Shown here: positions 46,451 through 57,363 of the stretch, one piece after another
Position numbering within the stretch: position 1 is the stretch's first letter
Layout: every line of letters begins with the position of its first letter
Source: Candidatus Omnitrophota bacterium
Lineage (GTDB): Bacteria > Omnitrophota > Gorgyraeia > S143-82
Direction of reading: 5' to 3'
Length of the DNA: 64,000 nt
Assembly: GCA_015494465.1 (NCBI GenBank)
Contig: WGBD01000007.1
Coordinates: forward strand, 3,009-67,008
The notes under the pieces: generated by a model
Seen by the model: only the letters and a program-made list of their open reading frames with translations
Told to the model about the DNA's origin: nothing
Database searches by the model: none
Program-made: the position numbers and the translations under genes

Positions 46451-47497
46451 CTACTTCTCGGACTTGGCCCTTATCCTATCGTAGATGGACTTGAGCAGTG
46501 ACCTCGCAGTATCAGGGTGATCCTGGAGGTACTTCACCGCGTTCTCCTTGCCCTGTCCCAGCTTGAGATCCCCCATAGTGTACCAGGCACCGGACCTGCT
46601 TATAATACCCAGCTTGAGACCGGCGTCCAGAAGCGAGCCTTCAAACCATATCCCTCGATCGTAAAGGATCTCGAACTCTGCCTCCCGAAACGGAGGGGCC
46701 ACCTTGTTCTTCACTACCTTTGCCCGCACCAGGTTGCCGATTATCTGATCCCCCTTCTTGATGGGAGACAACCTCCTGAGGTCTATCCTAACCGAGGAGT
46801 AAAACTTCAGGGCCCGTCCCCCGGGCGTAGTCTCTGGATTGCCAAACATCACCCCTATCTTTTCTCGTATCTGGTTGATGAACAATACGCAGGTACGGGT
46901 CTTGCTTATCGTCCCGGTAAGCTTACGCAGGGCCTGGGACATGAGCCTCGCTTGGAGTCCTACGAAGGAATCTCCCATGTTCCCCTCCAACTCCGCCCGA
47001 GGGGTAAGGGCAGCGACCGAATCCACTACGATCACATCCACCGCGTTGGAGCGCACAAGGGTCTCAGCGATCTCAAGGGCTTGTTCCCCCGTATCGGGCT
47101 GAGAGACCAAGAGATCGGTCACATTGACGCCCACCTTCTGGGCGTAGGAGGGATCAAATGCGTGTTCTGCGTCTATAAAGGCAGCGATACCTCCTTGTTT
47201 CTGGGCCTGGGCGATTACGCTGAGGGTGAGCGTCGTCTTACCACTGGATTCGGGCCCAAATATCTCGACTATCCTGCCCCTAGGCACACCTCCAACGCCC
47301 AGCGCCACATCCAGGCTCACCGCCCCAGTGGGAATGGCCTCCACATCCAGGTGCCTGCTCTCCCCCAGGCGCATGATGGCGCCCTTACCGAATTGCTTCT
47401 CTATCTGGCTCACCGCCAGCTCCAAGGCCTTACGCTTGTTATCCATCGCCTGCCGGGAATCGGAACGCGCATTCTTCTCTGCAACCTTCTCAGCCAT
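46451..47497 (-). CDS. recA: Recombinase A
   Basis: Walker [10 protein letters not shown], plus the [11 protein letters not shown] and [19 protein letters not shown] motifs. Confidence 0.95.
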   Translation of the reverse strand: MAEKVAEKNARSDSRQAMDNKRKALELAVSQIEKQFGKGAIMRLGESRHLDVEAIPTGAVSLDVALGVGGVPRGRIVEIFGPESSGKTTLTLSVIAQAQKQGGIAAFIDAEHAFDPSYAQKVGVNVTDLLVSQPDTGEQALEIAETLVRSNAVDVIVVDSVAALTPRAELEGNMGDSFVGLQARLMSQALRKLTGTISKTRTCVLFINQIREKIGVMFGNPETTPGGRALKFYSSVRIDLRRLSPIKKGDQIIGNLVRAKVVKNKVAPPFREAEFEILYDRGIWFEGSLLDAGLKLGIISRSGAWYTMGDLKLGQGKENAVKYLQDHPDTARSLLKSIYDRIRAKSEK

Positions 47498-47517
47498 ATG
47501 TCTGCCTCCTTCTTTCC

Positions 47518-48783
47518 TCACAGGTCAAAAATCTCCTTTACGATATTGAATATCTTGTGCGGGTTGTGCCTTATCACCTCTCCGATGTCCACCACATTGC
47601 CCAAGATCATCTTCACCCCCAAGTCCTCCTCTATCCTAGCCACATCGCCTATAGGTACCGAATACGCCCCCTCTTCTGCGTACTTGTCCAGGACCTCCTG
47701 GGGGATGGTAGTGGTATTCACCACGCAGTGGCTCACGATCCCTTTGCGGGTGTGATCGACTATTGCCTTAAGGTGATCGTAGACCGAATATCCGTCGGTC
47801 TCTCCCTTCTGGGTCATGACATTGCAGACATAGATCCTGGGAGCCTTGGTGGAGATCAGGGCCTCGGTTATCTCCGGGACGAGCAGGTTAGGTATGATGC
47901 TCGTGTAGAGGCTCCCCGGCCCTAAAAAGACGAGGTCCGCCTCCCTTATCGACTCCACCGCCTCGTCACAGCCCTTGGGGGAATCAGGATCCAAGAAGAC
48001 CCTCTTTATCCTTTTGCCTGCCTTCGGGATCTCTGCCTCTCCTCTCACTCTAGATCCGTCTTCGTACTCCGCTAGCAACGAGACCTTCTCAAAGGTGGAA
48101 GGCAAGACCCGCCCCCGGATGGCAAGGACCTCGCTGGCCGCCTTTATCGCCTTCTCGAAGTCCCCAGTTATCTGGACCAAGACCGTCAGAAAAAGGTTAC
48201 CAAAACTGTGGCCCCCTAATTCTGGTATATCCTTGGAGAACCTGTACTGAAAAAGGTCCCTCAACAAGGGCTCTACATCCGCCAGGGCAACCAGACAATT
48301 GCGGATGTCCCCAGGGGGCAGTATGTCAAAGGTATCCCTCAATCGGCCAGAACTCCCACCACTGTCCGCGACGGTAACGATAGCGGTGATGTTGGAGGTA
48401 TACTCTTTAAGTCCCTGCAGGAGCACCGACTGCCCGGATCCTCCCCCGATCACCACCAGTCTAGGTCCCTTGGAGAGAACATGGCGATGATAGAGTATGT
48501 CTGCAATCTCGTATCTGGCCTTTTTGGAGGGGGAAAGACTGTCGATTATCAGGCCTATTATCTTCACCACGCTGACGATCAACAGCAAGAGACCTGCGAG
48601 CAGGATTATCCAATCGAACGAGGAGATCAACCTCAACGCGGAAAGGAAGTGGGTGGCACCTGCTAGGAGGAGGAAAAGCCCCAAGAGGGCCAAAGATACC
48701 CAACGCTTTAACCCGACTCCGGGATAAAACCACTTTATTAACCTGACGAGCCAATTAACTGTATCGGGAGTCCTCTTCTTCAA
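47518..48783 (-). CDS. yvcK: Gluconeogenesis factor YvcK / CofD-like (UPF0052)
   Basis: 421 aa. The VVIGGGSG and [15 protein letters not shown] motifs. N-terminal TM extension. Confidence 0.85.
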   Translation of the reverse strand: MKKRTPDTVNWLVRLIKWFYPGVGLKRWVSLALLGLFLLLAGATHFLSALRLISSFDWIILLAGLLLLIVSVVKIIGLIIDSLSPSKKARYEIADILYHRHVLSKGPRLVVIGGGSGQSVLLQGLKEYTSNITAIVTVADSGGSSGRLRDTFDILPPGDIRNCLVALADVEPLLRDLFQYRFSKDIPELGGHSFGNLFLTVLVQITGDFEKAIKAASEVLAIRGRVLPSTFEKVSLLAEYEDGSRVRGEAEIPKAGKRIKRVFLDPDSPKGCDEAVESIREADLVFLGPGSLYTSIIPNLLVPEITEALISTKAPRIYVCNVMTQKGETDGYSVYDHLKAIVDHTRKGIVSHCVVNTTTIPQEVLDKYAEEGAYSVPIGDVARIEEDLGVKMILGNVVDIGEVIRHNPHKIFNIVKEIFDL

Positions 48784-49225
48784 TGAGTTTTAAGGCCTCT
48801 TCTTTCGTTTTGGCCTGCATCAGCAAGGCCCGGAAGTTCTTGTCCTTCAATAGGCGGGTGATCTTGGCAAGGGCCTTTAAGTGCGGACCAGCTGCCTCTT
48901 TAGGAGCAACCAGGAGGAAGAAAAGATAGACCTTCTCACCGTCCAAGGCCTTGAAGTCCACCCCTTTGTGGGATATGCCAAAGGCAGCGACGAGTTTATC
49001 GACCCTATCGCTCTTGGCGTGAGGAATGGCTATCCCGTTACCGATGGCAGTGGAACCCAATTCCTCTCTATTTATCAACTCCTCCAGGATCTTAGGTTCG
49101 TCCTCTGCCTTTATCTGGCCTGCTTTTACTAAGGCATCCAACAGTTCTTTTATTACACCGTCTCTGTCTTCCGCCTGCAGATCAGGAACAACGCATTCCT
49201 CACACAGGATGTCCATAATTCTCAT
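48755..49225 (-). CDS. ptsN: PTS EIIA type-2 (nitrogen-regulatory EIIA-Ntr-like)
   Basis: 156 aa. Active-site His context GNGIAIPHAK. Confidence 0.8.
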   Translation of the reverse strand: MRIMDILCEECVVPDLQAEDRDGVIKELLDALVKAGQIKAEDEPKILEELINREELGSTAIGNGIAIPHAKSDRVDKLVAAFGISHKGVDFKALDGEKVYLFFLLVAPKEAAGPHLKALAKITRLLKDKNFRALLMQAKTKEEALKLIEEEDSRYS

Positions 49226-49279
49226 GGTCCACTCCTTTTAGTTCGGCGTTAAAGCGACCTGCCCCCAACAATAAAATAA

Positions 49280-49351
49280 GCGGGTGATGGGATTCGAACC
49301 CACGACAACCACGTTGGCAACGTGGTGCTCTACCAACTGAGCTACACCCGC
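49280..49351 (-). tRNA. tRNA-Gly (GCC)
   Basis: 72 nt cloverleaf on the minus strand (GCGGGTGTAGCTCAGTTGGTAGAGCA..TTGCCAA..GGTTCGAATCC). No encoded CCA. Confidence 0.85.
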
Positions 49352-49380
49352 AAGATCCTCTACATTCTATCTATCACCAA

Positions 49381-49462
49381 TGCGAGAGGTGGGACTCGAA
49401 CCCACACTCCTTACGGAACTAGATCCTAAGTCTAGCGCGTCTGCCAATTCCGCCACTCTCGC
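49381..49462 (-). tRNA. tRNA-Leu (TAG), long variable arm
   Basis: 82 nt. Acceptor GCGAGAG/CTCTCGC, anticodon loop CTTAGGA, T-arm GGTTCGAGTCC. Confidence 0.85.
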
Positions 49463-49483
49463 CTGACAGAGAACGAAATCAAG

Positions 49484-49556
49484 TGGGTCGTGAAGGATTC
49501 GAACCTTCAACCTTGGGCTTAAGAGGCCCCTGCTCTGCCAGTTGAGCTAACGACCC
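49484..49556 (-). tRNA. tRNA-Lys (CTT)
   Basis: 73 nt. Acceptor GGGTCGT/ACGACCC, anticodon loop CTCTTAA, T-arm GGTTCGAATCC. Confidence 0.8.
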
Positions 49557-49571
49557 AATCTCGAATTACGA

Positions 49572-49600
49572 TTTATATCACAAAAGGGTCTTCATGACAA
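49572..49600 (-). promoter_or_regulatory. sigma70-type promoter for the tRNA-Lys/Leu/Gly cluster (TTGTCA-17-TATAAA)
   Basis: -35 at 49595..49600 and -10 at 49572..49577 on the minus strand. The tRNA-Lys 5' end is about 16 nt downstream. Confidence 0.5.
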
Positions 49601-49614
49601 GAGGGATCGATGGC

Positions 49615-50436
49615 TTAATCGCCTTCGAAATCACTCAACACCATCGAGCGGTGGTACATCCTCCCTATCTCTTCCAATATCTCTCTACTTACTAATGTAA
49701 ATTCCTCCCCCCCTATCTCTACGCACGCACCCATGTAAGGAGGGTACCAAAATGCCCTTATCTTTCTCTTGACTTCCTCTAAGCTATCCTCTTGCCTTAC
49801 CCTTCTCAATCTCTCGAAATCCTCCCGAGATATGTACCGTCCTCGTCCCTGAGGAACCCTGGGCAGGTCACCCTTTTCGCGTAGTTCTTCTATCACCTCT
49901 TCGAACAAATCGAGGAGATAGTCTTGAGTCTTCTGCTCCAGGGAAAAGGCGGTCTCCTTTTCGGGGTCTATCTCGAACCTGCGCACCTTTATGATGTCTC
50001 CGGTGTCAAAGGAGTCGTCTACGAAATGGGCCGAAACGCCCCAGTACTTCATCCCCTCGTATATGGCAAAGTTGTACCCCCCAAGTCCCCGGAATTCGGG
50101 TAAAGGTGCGGGATGGAAGTTAATACATCCGAGGCGGGGTAGGTCGATCAAGGGGCGTTTGATCTTCTTCCAAAACAGAAAGGAGATCACTAAATCTACA
50201 TCTCCTAACCTAACGCCTTGCAACTCTTCTTTGCCGTCGGCAATGCAGGCGTAAATGTCCTCATCCCTGACCGTTGGGATCCCATACCTCCTGGCGGTAT
50301 CCGCCAATCTAGGACGCCAATGCACCGGTTTGTCTTCAGGAGGGGCAACCACCAACGCCACATCTACGCCTTTTGCAACGAGATACCTTAAGGCCTCACT
50401 CGCGGACGGTTTTCGCCCCATAAAGATTACGCGCAT
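49615..50436 (-). CDS. Formyltransferase-family protein (Fmt/PurN-like N-domain)
   Basis: Start at MRVIFMG. Motifs INFHPAPLPEFRGLGG and HFVDDSFDTGDII match the formyl_trans_N catalytic core. The C-terminal half is not Fmt-like. Confidence 0.65.
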   Translation of the reverse strand: MRVIFMGRKPSASEALRYLVAKGVDVALVVAPPEDKPVHWRPRLADTARRYGIPTVRDEDIYACIADGKEELQGVRLGDVDLVISFLFWKKIKRPLIDLPRLGCINFHPAPLPEFRGLGGYNFAIYEGMKYWGVSAHFVDDSFDTGDIIKVRRFEIDPEKETAFSLEQKTQDYLLDLFEEVIEELREKGDLPRVPQGRGRYISREDFERLRRVRQEDSLEEVKRKIRAFWYPPYMGACVEIGGEEFTLVSREILEEIGRMYHRSMVLSDFEGD

Positions 50437-50470
50437 ACCCTTTTCCTCGGATACGGAGGTCCACGCAAAG

Positions 50471-50544
50471 CTCCCCGGGGGAGACTCGAACTCCCAACAC
50501 TCGGATCCGAAGTCCGATGCTCTATCCAATTGAGCTACCGGGGA
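50471..50544 (-). tRNA. tRNA-Arg (TCG)
   Basis: 74 nt. Acceptor TCCCCGG/CCGGGGA, anticodon loop CTTCGGA, T-arm AGTTCGAGTCT. Confidence 0.8.
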
Positions 50545-50971
50545 AGGATATCTCTATCTCCCTTTCGTCTCCCCCCAAGTGTCTTATATTAATCCAAAGA
50601 CTGACTTCGGGCAAGTATTCACCCGCCCGATCCACCCACTCTATCAGGCTGATCCCTTTCCGCCCCACCGTTTCCTCCCAGCCCAAGGTGTAAAGATCCG
50701 AGGGCCCAATTCGATATAGGTCAAAGTGGTAGATAGAAAATCCCTTGAGAGTAGGATACTCGTTTACCAAGGTAAAGGTAGGGCTGTTGACCTGGTCGGG
50801 ATCTACCCCAAACGCACTAGCAAATCCCTTTACGAACACGGTCTTTCCCGCGCCGAGATCCCCTACCAGGCCCACGGCAAGGGGGATTTGTCCGATCCCC
50901 CTCGCTAAGTCCTGGGCCAACCTGAAGGTCTCCTCAGTGCTCTTCGTCGTATAGATCTTCTTCTCGCTCAT
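50522..50971 (-). CDS. tsaE: tRNA threonylcarbamoyladenosine biosynthesis ATPase TsaE
   Basis: P-loop GDLGAGKT plus FDLYR and SLIEW. Start at MSEKKIY. The 3' end overlaps the tRNA-Arg 5' end by about 23 nt. Confidence 0.82.
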   Translation of the reverse strand: MSEKKIYTTKSTEETFRLAQDLARGIGQIPLAVGLVGDLGAGKTVFVKGFASAFGVDPDQVNSPTFTLVNEYPTLKGFSIYHFDLYRIGPSDLYTLGWEETVGRKGISLIEWVDRAGEYLPEVSLWINIRHLGGDEREIEISFPGSSIG

Positions 50972-51431
50972 GGCCACCAACTCGCCCCTGCATCCCCCCA
51001 CGATGTTTTCTCTTCTTGATCCACAGATTCTTCCTCATCTCCTGCCACTTTCTGAACTGCTCGGGGGTGAGGATCTCTCTTACCTTAAAGGCAAATTCTA
51101 CGCGATAGCGAAGGAGCTTCCTCTGAAGGGTTACTACCTTGTCTATAATCTTATCACAGGCCTGCCTGTCCCCAGAAGATATGGCCTTCGAGAGCTCCTT
51201 CCTCGCCTCCGCTATCTCCTTGCGCACTTGGCGTTGCAGTTCACGATAATGCTGGCGAATCTTGGCCAGTTCTTGCCTTTGCTCTTCGGTAAATAAGCTC
51301 TCTTCCATCCGATCGCGAACCCTCTGCCAGGCCTTTTTGGGCATCCTGGCTCCCTGTTTAGCATAGGCAGATCCAGCCACTACAAACATCAAGGCGATCA
51401 CCCACAATGCAATCCAGCTCACCTTCCGCAT
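50934..51431 (-). CDS. Periplasmic Spy/CpxP-family (LTXXQ-motif) protein
   Basis: Signal peptide. Two LTxxQ motifs (LFTEEQRQEL, LTPEQFRKW). Helical, basic, His-rich tail. AAGGAGGTG SD. Confidence 0.55.
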   Translation of the reverse strand: MRKVSWIALWVIALMFVVAGSAYAKQGARMPKKAWQRVRDRMEESLFTEEQRQELAKIRQHYRELQRQVRKEIAEARKELSKAISSGDRQACDKIIDKVVTLQRKLLRYRVEFAFKVREILTPEQFRKWQEMRKNLWIKKRKHRGGMQGRVGGHEREEDLYDEEH

Positions 51432-51524
51432 GGCACACCTCCTTTTTTAGAATTTCCCATCCTTCCCTGGGGCCCCGTCCATCCACTTAGACACGGAGAG
51501 AGGCCTGTTTGTTCCCAAAGAGTG

Positions 51525-51559
51525 AAAAAAAAAACGGCCGAGAGGGACCCTCCCGACCG
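51525..51559 (-). terminator. Intrinsic terminator downstream of hppA
   Basis: On the minus-strand RNA a 12-bp GC-rich stem (CGGUCGGGAGGG/CCCUCUCGGCCG) is followed by U10 (the A-run at 51525..51534 on the plus strand), about 29 nt after the hppA stop. Confidence 0.7.
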
Positions 51560-51587
51560 TTGCCAATGGTCTCAATGGCCAAACCTA

Positions 51588-53693
51588 TCACTTCATCAAT
51601 GTGTTGTGGATTATAAAGGACGCAAACACGATGGAGACCATGGACATCAACTTGATAAGGATGTTTATAGAGGGACCAGAGGTGTCCTTAAAGGGATCAC
51701 CCACGGTGTCCCCAACAACCGCTGCCTTGTGGGCATCGGATCCCTTACCACCAAAGTTCCCCTCTTCTATGTACTTCTTGGCGTTGTCCCAAGTACCACC
51801 TGCGTTGGCCATGAAGACCGCAAGTACGAATCCGCTGGCCAGGGCCCCCGCTAACAGTCCCACCTCAGACGAGACCCCCAACAACAGTCCAACCGTAATA
51901 GGCGTTATAACCGCGAGCAAAGAAGGCAAGATCATCTCCCTCTGGGCGGAGGCAGTGGCTATCGCCACGCACCGGGCGTAGTCTGCCTTGGCCTTGCCTT
52001 CCATAAGGCCAACGATCTCCTTAAACTGCCTCCTGACCTCTAGGACTATCCCCTGCGCTGCTCTACCCACCGCCCGGATCGTCAAGGCGGAGAAGGCAAA
52101 GGGCATCATGGCACCGATGAACACACCGATCAACACCGTCGGGTTCATCAGGGATAGATCCAACTGTCCTCCGTGCAAGACGATCTCGTCCTTATAGGCT
52201 GCAATCAGCGCCATGGCAGTAAGGGCTGCGGATCCTATGGCAAAACCCTTCCCGGTGGCAGCGGTGGTGTTACCAAGCGCATCCAGGGCATCTGTACGCC
52301 TGCGCACCTCTGGATCCAAGCCCGACATCTGGGCGTTTCCACCTGCGTTGTCCGCTACCGGACCGTAGGCATCGGTGGCCAAGGTTATCCCCAAGGTGGA
52401 AAGCATCCCTACCGCAGAGATCCCGATACCGTACAATCCCATACCCAGGTTGTCGAAGCCACCGGTAACCTTGAAGGCAATGAATATTGCGCTACAGACC
52501 ACCAATACGGGTATTAAGGTCGAGAGCATACCCACCGCTATACCGCTCAGTATCACGGTTGCGGGACCGGTTATCGCGGACTCCGCTACCATCCGCGTGG
52601 GCCTATAGGAGGCAGAGGTAAAGTACTCAGTAGACAGTCCTATCAGGATCCCTGCTACCAACCCCGATATGACCGCCCAATACACGCCCATGAAACCGGG
52701 GCCGAGGGTAAACCTGACGATAAAGTAAGAGAGGATCGCTATAAGGATCGCGGAGCTGAAGATGCCCCTGCGCAAGGCCCACAGGAGGGCCTCCTGACTG
52801 GCGTCCTCTTTGGTGTGCACTATAAAGGTACCTATTATAGACGCGATCACACCGCAGGTGGCCATCACCATGGGCACCGTCACTCCGGCGAGCCCCAACC
52901 CTGCCACCGCAGCTAGGGCCATGGTTGCCACGATCGACCCCACATAGGACTCGTATAGGTCAGCCCCCATGCCTGCGACATCTCCGACATTGTCACCCAC
53001 ATTGTCTGCGATAACCGCAGGGTTCCTGGGGTCGTCCTCAGGGATACCTGCCTCTACCTTTCCCACCAGGTCAGCACCGACATCGGCTGCCTTGGTATAG
53101 ATGCCACCACCCAACCTGGCGAACAGGGCCTGGGAGCTGGCCCCCATACCAAAGGTCAGCATGGTAGTGGTTATCGCAGTTATCTTATCCATGTTGTTGA
53201 GCAGGTCGGGATAGCGGGTGTAGAACCAGTTCAACAGATAGAACCAGATAGAGAGGTCCAAAAGGCCCAGACCGACCACCACCAGACCCATAACTGCACC
53301 CGCGGAGAAGGCGATCCTCAATCCCCGATTAAGCGAGTGCTGGGCCCCAGCAGCGGTGCGATTGCTCGCCCGAGTGGCTATCATCATACCTATAAACCCG
53401 GAGAGACCGGAGAAAAAACCGCCAGTCAAGAAGGCAAACGGCACGAACGGAGTGAGGTACTTCTTGTAGGCCATCCAAGACAGGATCAGAAAGACCACGG
53501 CGAAGAAGATCCCCACTACCTTGTACTGCCGTTTCAGATAGGCAACCGCACCTTCTCTCACATACTGGGCGATCTCCTTCATCTTCTCGTTGCCTTCCTC
53601 GGCCCTGAGGACTTTCCAGGAGAGAAAGCCGGCAAATAGGATAGCAAGGATCGAACCTACCGGCGCCAACCACACCAGACCCAATCCACCCAT
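51588..53693 (-). CDS. hppA: Membrane-bound proton/sodium-translocating pyrophosphatase
   Basis: 701 aa, about 16 TM helices. H+-PPase signatures GNTTAATGKGFAIGSAALTA and DNVGDNVGD. Confidence 0.95.
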   Translation of the reverse strand: MGGLGLVWLAPVGSILAILFAGFLSWKVLRAEEGNEKMKEIAQYVREGAVAYLKRQYKVVGIFFAVVFLILSWMAYKKYLTPFVPFAFLTGGFFSGLSGFIGMMIATRASNRTAAGAQHSLNRGLRIAFSAGAVMGLVVVGLGLLDLSIWFYLLNWFYTRYPDLLNNMDKITAITTTMLTFGMGASSQALFARLGGGIYTKAADVGADLVGKVEAGIPEDDPRNPAVIADNVGDNVGDVAGMGADLYESYVGSIVATMALAAVAGLGLAGVTVPMVMATCGVIASIIGTFIVHTKEDASQEALLWALRRGIFSSAILIAILSYFIVRFTLGPGFMGVYWAVISGLVAGILIGLSTEYFTSASYRPTRMVAESAITGPATVILSGIAVGMLSTLIPVLVVCSAIFIAFKVTGGFDNLGMGLYGIGISAVGMLSTLGITLATDAYGPVADNAGGNAQMSGLDPEVRRRTDALDALGNTTAATGKGFAIGSAALTAMALIAAYKDEIVLHGGQLDLSLMNPTVLIGVFIGAMMPFAFSALTIRAVGRAAQGIVLEVRRQFKEIVGLMEGKAKADYARCVAIATASAQREMILPSLLAVITPITVGLLLGVSSEVGLLAGALASGFVLAVFMANAGGTWDNAKKYIEEGNFGGKGSDAHKAAVVGDTVGDPFKDTSGPSINILIKLMSMVSIVFASFIIHNTLMK

Positions 53694-53708
53694 ATCGAAC
53701 CTCCTTTT

Positions 53709-54998
<1,290 letters not shown>

Positions 54999-55025
54999 CT
55001 ATCGTGGTCCTTAATACATCAACCG

Positions 55026-55109
55026 TGGGCAGGGGAGGATTCGAACCTCCGAAGGGCAAAGCCCGCCAGATTTACAGTCTGGTGCGTTTGGCCACTCCGC
55101 CACCTGCCC
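55026..55109 (-). tRNA. tRNA-Tyr (GTA), long variable arm
   Basis: 84 nt. Acceptor GGGCAGG/CCTGCCC, anticodon loop ACTGTAAAT, T-arm GGTTCGAATCC. Confidence 0.8.
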
Positions 55110-55123
55110 GCACACCAGCCGAT

Positions 55124-55152
55124 ATTGTATAGCAAGCGGGTAGAAAAGTCAA
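55124..55152 (-). promoter_or_regulatory. sigma70-type promoter for tRNA-Tyr (TTGACT-17-TACAAT)
   Basis: -35 at 55147..55152 and -10 at 55124..55129 on the minus strand. The tRNA 5' end lies about 15 nt downstream of the -10. Confidence 0.55.
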
Positions 55153-55171
55153 CGAGAGCTGAGAGCGGGTA

Positions 55172-56269
55172 TCAGGGCATGTGGGATATGGCCAAGATCC
55201 CCAACAAGGCAGGGACGAGAGGGACCGGCAACAAGAGAAGATAGGGATTAACTATCCCCAATTGGGCAAAGTTGGAGGCAAGTGCAAAGGCTACATAGTA
55301 CAGGAAAAAGATTAACATACCGATACCCAAGCCTGCAAACCCAACCGGCCTTCTCTGGAGCTGGAGCACGAAAGGCAATCCTATCAACGCCAAAACTAGA
55401 GGAGAAAGGGGCAACAGCGCCCTAGAGAGGATCCTGACCTTGAAGAGCAATCTGGTCTCCGGGGTCATGTTATCGCCAAACCGGCGCAGGTTCTCCCACA
55501 ATCCTCGGATGTTCAACCGGGCCAAGGAGCCCTTACCGCGCAAGATCTCAGAAGGGCTCTCGCCCAGGTCTACCACCTTGCGCTTGTAAAACCTGCGCGA
55601 GGCCTGGTCAACATTACCGTTGAAGTCGAATTTATAGGTTAACAGGTCCTCAAATTCCCACTTTCCCTCCTTCCACCTGGCCCGCTTTGCCACCCACTTC
55701 TCCAGGATACGGTGGTTCCTGTCCTGAGAGAGTATCACGATCCCTTCTACCACATTAGTGCTAGGGTCGAAGGAGGAGAGAAAGTAGAGCTTATCGTCCT
55801 CGCCGTAAAATGTAACATTCCTTAGGGTCAACTTTTTTCTTTCCGAGGCATTGCGCTTTATGAAGTCCCTCTTTATGGTGTTCACGATCACCTCCGCGGA
55901 AGGAACGAACCGCTCGTTTACGAAAAAGCTCATGGCCCCCACCAACGAGGAAAACACCAGGATCGTGCGAAGCACATACCACAGGCCCTTGCCTGCAGTG
56001 CGCACCGCTATGACCTCGTTGCGATAGTTCATGTTCCCTATCACGAACATGGCACCCAACAGACTGGCAAGCGGAAAAATATTCACCAAGACTATCGGTA
56101 ACATCGCGGAATAGTAGGTCAACACTATCCTTAAAGGGACCTTGTTGTCGATTATGTCCTCTAGATGCCCCACGAGGTCTCCGAACAGGTAGAAAAAGCT
56201 GAAAAATCCGGCGAGATAGAAAAAGGCCTTGATGTAAGACCGCGCTATGTACTTATCTAGTGTCTTCAT
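55172..56269 (-). CDS. lptG: LPS export ABC permease (LptF/LptG family)
   Basis: 365 aa. YjgP/YjgQ architecture of 6 TM helices plus a periplasmic beta-jellyroll. Confidence 0.85.
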   Translation of the reverse strand: MKTLDKYIARSYIKAFFYLAGFFSFFYLFGDLVGHLEDIIDNKVPLRIVLTYYSAMLPIVLVNIFPLASLLGAMFVIGNMNYRNEVIAVRTAGKGLWYVLRTILVFSSLVGAMSFFVNERFVPSAEVIVNTIKRDFIKRNASERKKLTLRNVTFYGEDDKLYFLSSFDPSTNVVEGIVILSQDRNHRILEKWVAKRARWKEGKWEFEDLLTYKFDFNGNVDQASRRFYKRKVVDLGESPSEILRGKGSLARLNIRGLWENLRRFGDNMTPETRLLFKVRILSRALLPLSPLVLALIGLPFVLQLQRRPVGFAGLGIGMLIFFLYYVAFALASNFAQLGIVNPYLLLLPVPLVPALLGILAISHMP

Positions 56270-57363
56270 GGATGTCTGCCCAACATCACTGCACCCAGCG
56301 ACCCAAATGCGATATCAGGCAGGAGAAGACCCACGGGCGCTGGGAGGATCTGCTTTACTACCGCTGTCTCCGCCAAGAGCATAGTCAGATAATAGACCAC
56401 GGAAACCAGTCCGACCAATCCCAAGGCTATCGAGATCTCCCTCCGGGCAGAGGTGATGCTCACTGCTAACGCTAAGACCCCCAACATGAGAGGTGCCAGG
56501 GAAAACGCGATCCGCTTCCAGATCACCAAGTCTATAGGGAGCACATCTATTCCCCGCGAAGTGTAGTCCCTTCGCAATGCCAACAGATCCCTTACGGAGT
56601 ACTCCTTTACCTTTCTCGCCACCGACCGGCTAGCTTGCTTGGGCAGGTCAAAACTCATGTAATAGACGCTAGAGGTGAACTTGTAGTATCGACTGGGGTC
56701 TGCAGGATCTACCTCGTCGGATATCACGTTCTCCAACCTAAATCGCACCTTGTGAGCTGGCTCGTCGATCAACAATTGACCCCTCTTGGCTAGTATCACC
56801 CTAGGGGGACGGTCGGGTTGGAGCTGGTATATCCGAACCTCCTTCATGAGATTGTCTTTCATGTAGTAGATAAACAATATGTATCCCGGGAAGACATCTA
56901 TAAAGGTGCCGGGTTCTATGTAAGCGGAAGGCCTTTTCACCCCGATCTCCGCCAGTATCTTCCTGGCCCGATAGTGACCATTCGGCTCCACCTTATCGGT
57001 AATGATAAAGGTAACGATGGACAAGAGGCAAAGCAGGAACAAGACCGGTCTAATTATACTGAACAGATCTATCCCTGCGGATTGTAAGGCAGTTATCTCG
57101 TTGTCAGCGGACATGCGTCCGAAGAGAAGGACTACCCCGGTAAGGCTGGCAACGGGTAGACTGTAGCCTACCACGAACGGTACTATGCACTTCAACAACC
57201 CAAATATCAACCCTGGCGCCACCCCTTTGTTGATGATTAGGTGAGACAGCCGGAACACATTACCCACTATAAAGACGAGTGTGCAGATAGAAAGGGCCAA
57301 CAAGGTTAGGTAGAGCGCGTTACTCACCATGTAATCTCGGTAGATCTTCATCCGCATATGCAA
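56266..57363 (-). CDS. lptF: LPS export ABC permease (LptF/LptG family)
   Basis: 365 aa paralogue of the downstream gene. 4-nt overlap with it. Confidence 0.85.
   Translation of the reverse strand: MHMRMKIYRDYMVSNALYLTLLALSICTLVFIVGNVFRLSHLIINKGVAPGLIFGLLKCIVPFVVGYSLPVASLTGVVLLFGRMSADNEITALQSAGIDLFSIIRPVLFLLCLLSIVTFIITDKVEPNGHYRARKILAEIGVKRPSAYIEPGTFIDVFPGYILFIYYMKDNLMKEVRIYQLQPDRPPRVILAKRGQLLIDEPAHKVRFRLENVISDEVDPADPSRYYKFTSSVYYMSFDLPKQASRSVARKVKEYSVRDLLALRRDYTSRGIDVLPIDLVIWKRIAFSLAPLMLGVLALAVSITSARREISIALGLVGLVSVVYYLTMLLAETAVVKQILPAPVGLLLPDIAFGSLGAVMLGRHP

Noticed and set aside
51432-51524. Promoter for the Spy/CpxP-like gene in the 90-nt gap after the hppA terminator
   Set aside because: Only poor -35/-10 matches (TTGGGA / TCTAAG). 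It may be sigma-E-type or sit elsewhere, so it is not called.
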